Shown here: positions 26,058-30,877 of the stretch, one piece after another
Layout of the letters: each line of letters opens with the position of its first letter
How positions within the stretch are numbered: the stretch's first letter is position 1
Source of the DNA: a virus
Lineage: Duplodnaviria; Heunggongvirae; Uroviricota; Caudoviricetes
IMG/VR virus record: IMGVR_UViG_2778261069_000012
Location: 1-30,877 of that record
DNA: 30,877 nt
Direction: 5' to 3' (one strand)
Made by a program: the position numbers and the translations under genes
Notes under the pieces: generated by a model
What the model saw: only the letters and a program-made list of their open reading frames with translations
The model's database searches: none
What the model was told of the DNA's origin: nothing

Positions 26058-26066
26058 GGGGGTAAT

Positions 26067-26420
26067 ATGTTAAGTAAGCATTTTTCTCGCAAGGAATTTA
26101 AATGTAAATGCGGAAAATGTGATTATGATACAATCGACGCTGAATTACTGGTGATTCTTGAGGATGTACGAGAGCACTTCGGTAAACCAGTGATTATTAA
26201 CAGTGGCAACCGTTGCCCGACTCATAACAAGAATGTAGGCGGGGCAGCCAATAGCTATCACGTTCGAGGCCGCGCGGCTGACATTGTTATCAAGGGTGTC
26301 TCGCCTGATATTGTTCATGCTTATCTTGATGGGAAATATCCTACTCAATACGGCTTAGGAAAATATAAAACCTTTACGCATATTGATTCCAGATCAAAAA
26401 AATCACGGTGGAATGGATAA
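26067..26420 (+). CDS. endolysin candidate, peptidase M15-type zinc peptidase
   Basis: 117 aa; SGNRCPTHNKNVGGAANSYHVRGRAADI ... THID matches the H/D/H zinc-binding signature of small M15 cell-wall peptidases; SD AAGGGGGTAA; no signal peptide. Confidence 0.78.
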   Translation: MLSKHFSRKEFKCKCGKCDYDTIDAELLVILEDVREHFGKPVIINSGNRCPTHNKNVGGAANSYHVRGRAADIVIKGVSPDIVHAYLDGKYPTQYGLGKYKTFTHIDSRSKKSRWNG

Positions 26421-26784
26421 AACAAAAGCGCCTCTGGTGGGCGCTTTTTTGTTAGAATATGCTGGCGACGTTAGCTATATTTCTGACCATTTTTTCATTA
26501 TAGACAAATATACCGCAGATGATAAAGTGGTATTCGACGAAGTTGATCCGTCTCTGGTTGAAGCAATGAAAGAACCTGAGATCGTCATTGAAGAAACAAA
26601 AGAAGAATCTCCAGAAGTTGAACCAGTGGTCGAAGAAGTTAAGTCAGTTGTTGAAGAAGCACTGGAAGTTAAAGTGGAATCTCCGGTAGCCAACATTTTC
26701 TCTGACGAAGCAGAGCATCGTTCTCCTGCACATGACACTGATTCATTTTGCGATCTTACTGGTTTCCAAAACTACAATAATTAA
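26413..26784 (+). CDS. hypothetical acidic protein; start uncertain
   Basis: 123-codon open frame, E/V-rich; the only in-frame ATG near the 5' end overlaps the endolysin stop, and the terminator hairpin lies inside the putative 5' end. Confidence 0.3.
   Translation: MDKTKAPLVGAFLLEYAGDVSYISDHFFIIDKYTADDKVVFDEVDPSLVEAMKEPEIVIEETKEESPEVEPVVEEVKSVVEEALEVKVESPVANIFSDEAEHRSPAHDTDSFCDLTGFQNYNN
26427..26451 (+). terminator. rho-independent terminator after the endolysin gene
   Basis: AGCGCC-TCTGGTG-GGCGCT followed by TTTTTT. Confidence 0.8.
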
Positions 26785-26793
26785 TTCTTATAA

Positions 26794-26832
26794 ATAGTAG
26801 TGAATATTATTTTATTGAGGATTCACTACTAT
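26794..26832 (+). promoter_or_regulatory. 12-bp stem enclosing the SD and start codon of the downstream nuclease gene
   Basis: ATAGTAGTGAAT (26794-26805) pairs perfectly with ATTCACTACTAT (26821-26832); loop contains GAGG; the 3' arm includes the AT of the ATG at 26831. Confidence 0.55.
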
Positions 26833-27829
26833 GAATACTACTTTAGCAAAGGATATCGAATTTACCGCAAAAAGCAAACGTGCGACCCCTCCGGTCGAAT
26901 ATGAAACCAGAATCATTAAAGTTTGTCAAGTGCATGGATGGTTATACAGTGGTTTTGTGCTTCCTGTAAAGAAACCATTCCAGAACACCAAAGTTTGCAT
27001 AGAAGTTAACGGAAAGGTTAAAACGCCATGTATTAGTCATGTTCTAACTGGTCAGTTTACTGGCAAAGATAGAGTATCACCGCCTAAGAAGAAGTTTAGA
27101 TTTACCGAAGAAGAACACTTAGAAAACGCTCGCAAGTTCTACAAGCCGATAGGGTGGGATGTGTTAGGTCTGGCTGAACCTTATCAGGGTGTTGACACTA
27201 AACTAATTCTTCGTTGTAAGTGCCACGGAAAGATTCACAAGAAAGGTGATTTACACAATAACCGCAGACAAGGCGGGTTAACATGCCCTTTGGTTAGGGG
27301 TGTACTTAAATCAATTCAGAATGGTAGAAAACAGGTTATCAGAAACAAGTTTGCACAGCGCCCTATGCACTTTTATCTAATTCGTGTTGGTGAGAAGTTT
27401 TTCAAATATGGAATTACCACTCGCAAAGATCCGATGCAACGGGTAAGAGAACACCAGAAGCACACCAGCGAGAAAATCACCTTTGAATGCTCACATTTGT
27501 TTAACATTGGATGGAAAGCTGGTGATTTAGAAATGGGGATTAAAAAGAATATTCAGGGCAAGAAAATCCCACGTAAGGTAATGAATAGCGGATTCACAGA
27601 AACGCTACCGATTAGCAAGCTGAAAGATGTTAAATCATTCATCAATGAATACATCCACACCAACCCATCTAAGCCAATGTATTTTGATGATACCAACGCA
27701 ATCAATCTGAACAACTACATTAGTGATGAAGACATAGAACGAGATTTATCGCAGTGGATGAATGCACCGTTAGCTGATTTAACACCGGAAGACTTAGAAC
27801 TCGATTTAAGCCCTTTAGAGGCTCTTTAA
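26831..27829 (+). CDS. GIY-YIG / T5orf172-like nuclease-domain protein with N-terminal Cys/His-rich region (homing-endonuclease-like)
   Basis: 332 aa; FYLIRVGEKFFKYGITTRKDPMQRVREH matches the GIY-(9-11 aa)-YIG-R-H pattern with conserved downstream FECS and SGFTE; N-terminal CxxH / CxCH clusters. Confidence 0.5.
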   Translation: MNTTLAKDIEFTAKSKRATPPVEYETRIIKVCQVHGWLYSGFVLPVKKPFQNTKVCIEVNGKVKTPCISHVLTGQFTGKDRVSPPKKKFRFTEEEHLENARKFYKPIGWDVLGLAEPYQGVDTKLILRCKCHGKIHKKGDLHNNRRQGGLTCPLVRGVLKSIQNGRKQVIRNKFAQRPMHFYLIRVGEKFFKYGITTRKDPMQRVREHQKHTSEKITFECSHLFNIGWKAGDLEMGIKKNIQGKKIPRKVMNSGFTETLPISKLKDVKSFINEYIHTNPSKPMYFDDTNAINLNNYISDEDIERDLSQWMNAPLADLTPEDLELDLSPLEAL

Positions 27830-27844
27830 TACAATTAAATTAAA

Positions 27845-27866
27845 AAGGGGTACGGATGTACCCCTT
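27845..27866. terminator. bidirectional terminator between convergent genes
   Basis: AAGGGGTAC-GGAT-GTACCCCTT 9-bp stem; U-rich on the minus-strand side, weaker U-tract on the + side. Confidence 0.7.
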
Positions 27867-27902
27867 AACTGTTTTAGCTCGTTATACGTCGATTTAGGCC
27901 GC

Positions 27903-29582
27903 TTAAATTCCAAATTCCTGTAATGGACCTGGTATTTCCTCTTCTGGTTTCCAGTTCTTATCTGTCAGCATGTCTAAACATGGATGCAAAACAAGCCCGT
28001 TACTCTCCAGAATCTGCCTATCATTGATAGTTTTCAAATCAATGAATATCCGGCCTTTCCTCGTTCCTCTTGAATTTTCTATTACAACTCTCTGGGTCTT
28101 TCCATCGATGTATTCCAGCACAAACAAGTTTTTATTTCTGTCAATCCTGCTACACCCGATCCGCTTTAGAGCTTGCTTAATCTTAAACCGGACCTTTAGT
28201 CGTTCCTCGTTATAAACATCTTCTAAATCAAATTCTGCGAGCTTCTCCCAGCCTTGAGAGTCCACAGAATACATTTCCTCTTCTGCCATCTTGATCTGAT
28301 TGTAGAGTGTTTCACGCTCGCTATTGAGGGTAGTAATCTGATCGGCTAGCTCCTTCGTTGCTCCTGTCATAGCAGAAAGGGCAATCAGGTTATCAATCTT
28401 GCGTGATATTTCATCAACCTGTACTTTCAACGCCGGAACCGGATTAGCCTTGTCCTCAGCAATCCAGATTTTATCAGCCAGCAATTGCAATACAGCTTTC
28501 TCTAATTGATCACCTCGAAAACTCCAGTTTGGATGCTCGCAATCAAGTCTACGTGAACGGGTCGCATCACATGTATAACGATACTGGTCAGAACGTTTGT
28601 TCGTTCCCTTCACTTTAACCATAGCGCAACCGCAATGATCACATTTCAATAGGCCAATACCACTAAGCAGGGGGATCGGTTTAACTTCTTCCTTGTCTCC
28701 AAAGTTCCATGCTCTAGCACCAATATTTTTCTTAAGGTGATAGAACGTAGCATCATCAATAACACGAGGGTAATAATTCTTTAACTCATAGTTAACACCA
28801 TCTACAGAGACTTCCTTGATACCAATCAAAGCGCGGGTATGGAACAACCTTTCAACCATTGCCCGTGACCATTTTGAATGCTTCTTATTACTAACCGCTG
28901 GTGGCGGTGTATATGTCTCGTTAAGGTGATCCAGTATTTCGGCGGTTGAACGTCCATTCTTCCGTAATTCCACAATCTCCTGAACAACAGGGAAGTACAC
29001 CGGATGAGGCAGCACATAACCGGAAGTGGTATCAGTCCACCACATATTCTTTCCAACTTCCTCGATAGCCACTGCCGGATTTTGTGGATTTTCTTGATGA
29101 GCTTTAATCTTAATCAATGCGCTTGAGTTAGTACGATTGCGCTTAGTCTGACTTTCCTCATTACCACGGATGAATAAAAGGATGGAGAACATCAGGTCCA
29201 TCGGATTAGCGGTAACAGTATCCAGCGAGTAGATCTTGTTATCCATGCCAGTAACAATGGTTATTCCCCTACGGATGATTGAAAGGAATAACTCCTGCGC
29301 ACTGACAATATCGGCACGGGATAAGCGGTCCAAGTTTTCAATGAATAGCCAGCTACCAACAGGAACGGATCTACCAATTGCATCAAGGAAACGAGATAGC
29401 GCCCCTGTTTTAGAGTTAGCACCCTTAAACGCAGATACACCCAGATCCTGATAATCATTTACCAGTTCAAGGTCATACTTTGCCGCAACCTCTCTCGCCA
29501 TCCTGATTTGTCGTTCATAACTCGAACCATCATTCTGACGCATAGACGAGAAGCGAATATACGAATACAGTTTAGTTTTCAT
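27903..29582 (-). CDS. large serine recombinase (integrase-type)
   Basis: 559 aa from ATG 29582 (the ORF track begins at an upstream TTG at 29597); N-terminal resolvase-type catalytic domain (YSYIRFSSMRQ ... ENLDRLSR); Cys-rich zinc-ribbon (CDHCGCAM ... C ... C); C-terminal coiled coil. Confidence 0.85.
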   Translation of the reverse strand: MKTKLYSYIRFSSMRQNDGSSYERQIRMAREVAAKYDLELVNDYQDLGVSAFKGANSKTGALSRFLDAIGRSVPVGSWLFIENLDRLSRADIVSAQELFLSIIRRGITIVTGMDNKIYSLDTVTANPMDLMFSILLFIRGNEESQTKRNRTNSSALIKIKAHQENPQNPAVAIEEVGKNMWWTDTTSGYVLPHPVYFPVVQEIVELRKNGRSTAEILDHLNETYTPPPAVSNKKHSKWSRAMVERLFHTRALIGIKEVSVDGVNYELKNYYPRVIDDATFYHLKKNIGARAWNFGDKEEVKPIPLLSGIGLLKCDHCGCAMVKVKGTNKRSDQYRYTCDATRSRRLDCEHPNWSFRGDQLEKAVLQLLADKIWIAEDKANPVPALKVQVDEISRKIDNLIALSAMTGATKELADQITTLNSERETLYNQIKMAEEEMYSVDSQGWEKLAEFDLEDVYNEERLKVRFKIKQALKRIGCSRIDRNKNLFVLEYIDGKTQRVVIENSRGTRKGRIFIDLKTINDRQILESNGLVLHPCLDMLTDKNWKPEEEIPGPLQEFGI

Positions 29583-29601
29583 ACCATTTCCAAACAAAAA
29601 C

Positions 29602-29631
29602 GCCCCTACCGCGTATTATAACGATAGGGGC
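29602..29631 (-). terminator. intrinsic terminator on the minus strand ending about 13 nt before the recombinase start codon
   Basis: GCCCCTA / TAGGGGC 7-bp stem with 16-nt loop containing TATAAT-like TTATAAT; U-run follows on the minus-strand transcript. Confidence 0.5.
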
Positions 29632-29647
29632 ATTGGTTAGTAAGTCA

Positions 29648-29893
29648 TTAATATTTCTTTCCAGTTAGTTTTGCATCACGTTTATTAATATCCTCGATAT
29701 GACTCCATACACACGCAGTAATAAAGTCGTCATCGTCACCAACTCCGGCAACCTGTGCTAATTCAGTACACAGTTGATTTAAAGAAGGTGCAACGGCAGC
29801 ACGCTTGACACTATCACCCTGTACATATTGTTCGGCATTTGCAGCACCAACCAAACCCAGAGCAAGAACAACACCCGCGATAATCTTTTTCAT
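29648..29893 (-). CDS. small secreted protein (signal-peptide-bearing; unknown function)
   Basis: 81 aa; N-terminal MKKIIAGVVLALGLVGAANA (type I signal peptide, AxA site); two Cys in the mature part; SD GAGGAA 8 nt upstream. Confidence 0.62.
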   Translation of the reverse strand: MKKIIAGVVLALGLVGAANAEQYVQGDSVKRAAVAPSLNQLCTELAQVAGVGDDDDFITACVWSHIEDINKRDAKLTGKKY

Positions 29894-29922
29894 AGTAGAA
29901 TTTCCTCTTGTTATTTTAATTA

Positions 29923-29938
29923 CGATATATTTATATCG
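29923..29938. promoter_or_regulatory. candidate operator: inverted repeat CGATATA-TT-TATATCG
   Basis: 7-bp arms with 2-bp spacer, 30-45 nt upstream of the secreted-protein start codon. Confidence 0.3.
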
Positions 29939-30064
29939 TTAAAAGTTGATGCTGATTACCAGACCAAACACAACCGCACCAATCAAATCAATCCAGTTAA
30001 TACACAATCCGCTATATTCTTTCTTGAATGTCTTGGATGAAATGCCATCATGAAATTGTTTCAT
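29939..30064 (-). CDS. small membrane peptide candidate (41 aa)
   Basis: MKQFHDGISSKTFKKEYSGLCINWIDLIGAVVFGLVISINF; hydrophobic C-terminal segment; SD GGGGTGAG upstream; not in the supplied ORF track (below its length cutoff). Confidence 0.35.
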   Translation of the reverse strand: MKQFHDGISSKTFKKEYSGLCINWIDLIGAVVFGLVISINF

Positions 30065-30067
30065 TGC

Positions 30068-30148
30068 TCACCCCATACTAACGACAATATAAGAAAGACT
30101 AATCATAGTTGTGAGACTACCTCCCACGAATGAGATAAAAGCTAACAT
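30068..30148 (-). CDS. tiny hydrophobic peptide candidate (26 aa)
   Basis: MLAFISFVGGSLTTMISLSYIVVSMG; SD GGAGA 7 nt upstream; stop lies 3 nt from the next ATG. Confidence 0.25.
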   Translation of the reverse strand: MLAFISFVGGSLTTMISLSYIVVSMG

Positions 30149-30161
30149 GTTTGATTCTCCA

Positions 30162-30191
30162 GTTTAAAAAGCGGTGGGAATTGCACCCACC
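30162..30191 (-). terminator. rho-independent terminator on the minus strand after the 128-aa gene
   Basis: GGTGGG-AATTGCA-CCCACC stem-loop with a U-run on the minus-strand transcript. Confidence 0.65.
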
Positions 30192-30205
30192 AAATTAGAA
30201 ATTAA

Positions 30206-30592
30206 TTAAGCGCGAACGATGGTCAGAGTATCCAGCAAACCTTTTTCGTATAATTCGAAACACGTTTTATATTGCTCAATCTGGAAACCATAGCGGGTGA
30301 TCTTATTCAGTAGGACAATCGCGCTATTCTCATCTAGGTATTGTCCTTGCTGTCCAATGACATAAGTCTCGCGGGATAGTTTCAGCTTACGGAAACCTTT
30401 AACACCTAATTCCTTAGCAACCGCTTTAATCTCTTTAATCTCACCCTCAGCCGCAACATATTCAGCGTCGATAATCTCAGGTGATGATCTCAGTGCTACC
30501 AGAACTAAGGCCATTGCTTCTTCTTCTGTACGCGCAACACCAGCTTTCTCGAAAGTCATCTCACCAAATTTACGAATCATGATATTGAACAT
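30206..30592 (-). CDS. hypothetical protein (128 aa)
   Basis: ORF with coding-like composition; no motif recognised. Confidence 0.55.
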   Translation of the reverse strand: MFNIMIRKFGEMTFEKAGVARTEEEAMALVLVALRSSPEIIDAEYVAAEGEIKEIKAVAKELGVKGFRKLKLSRETYVIGQQGQYLDENSAIVLLNKITRYGFQIEQYKTCFELYEKGLLDTLTIVRA

Positions 30593-30604
30593 TGTTTTGC
30601 TGCC

Positions 30605-30877
30605 TTACTTCTTGCTGATAAACTCTTTAGCGATAAAGTTGATTACTTCTTTCAGCTTCTTGTCTGTATCGATGCACGCCGGTAATTCTTCTTTAATCTC
30701 CTGCGGCAGATACACATTGCCTTTAAAGTGGAGGAAACCATCATTACCAATCATGTAGGAGAACATCCATTCACAATCGTTATCCGCTTCCCAGAACGCC
30801 ACGGCCTCATCGCCAATCAAGGTAATGTCCATGTTGCGACGTGCTGCGTAGTTGATGATTGCTTTACCGATGTTCAT
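30605..30877 (-). CDS. hypothetical protein; may extend beyond the window edge
   Basis: 90-codon ORF whose first ATG is at the last 3 nt of the window, so the true start may lie outside. Confidence 0.5.
   Translation of the reverse strand: MNIGKAIINYAARRNMDITLIGDEAVAFWEADNDCEWMFSYMIGNDGFLHFKGNVYLPQEIKEELPACIDTDKKLKEVINFIAKEFISKK

Noticed and set aside
29236-29458. Small ORFs on both strands inside the recombinase gene (29236..29451 +, 29261..29458 -)
   Set aside because: Nested in a gene with clear catalytic motifs; no independent support.
29602-29631. Inverted repeat upstream of the recombinase as a candidate attP core
   Set aside because: A 7-bp GC stem followed by a U-run on the transcribed strand is more simply an intrinsic terminator; attP cannot be assigned without a host junction.
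1-30877. tRNA, rRNA or CRISPR arrays
   Set aside because: No intergenic region is long enough or carries a T-loop-like GGTTCGAATCC motif, and no regularly spaced direct repeats were seen; all tandem repeats found are in-frame within structural genes.

Overview
This 30.9 kb window reads as a contiguous piece of a tailed dsDNA phage or prophage, siphovirus-like with a lambda-type tail tip, from a Gram-negative (enterobacterial-like) host. All calls rest on reading the sequence and on recalled family motifs; no database search was run. Left to right on the + strand: two small unknown ORFs, an Rha-family regulator, then a divergent two-gene minus-strand cassette sitting where a small terminase would be expected. 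The late operon follows: GpA-type large terminase, portal, a single 667-aa ORF fusing prohead protease, acidic scaffold-like linker and HK97-fold major capsid protein, head-tail genes, an 1136-aa tail fiber with a C-terminal S74-type self-cleaving chaperone domain, major tail tube, two chaperone-position ORFs, an 809-aa tape measure, and an M/L/K-like tip module ending in a gpI-C/gpJ-like fusion whose C-terminus resembles the lambda J receptor-binding domain. Downstream are a lysis-like cluster with an M15-family endolysin, a GIY-YIG/T5orf172-like nuclease whose start codon sits in a 12-bp stem, a convergent large serine recombinase, and a minus-strand accessory cluster. The most unusual element is a translationally coupled triplet of ~100-aa paralogous genes (shared FDIPNGW motif) just after the tail fiber, with the middle copy frameshifted at a G5 run; I cannot assign it to a known family. 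No tRNA, rRNA or CRISPR array was seen.
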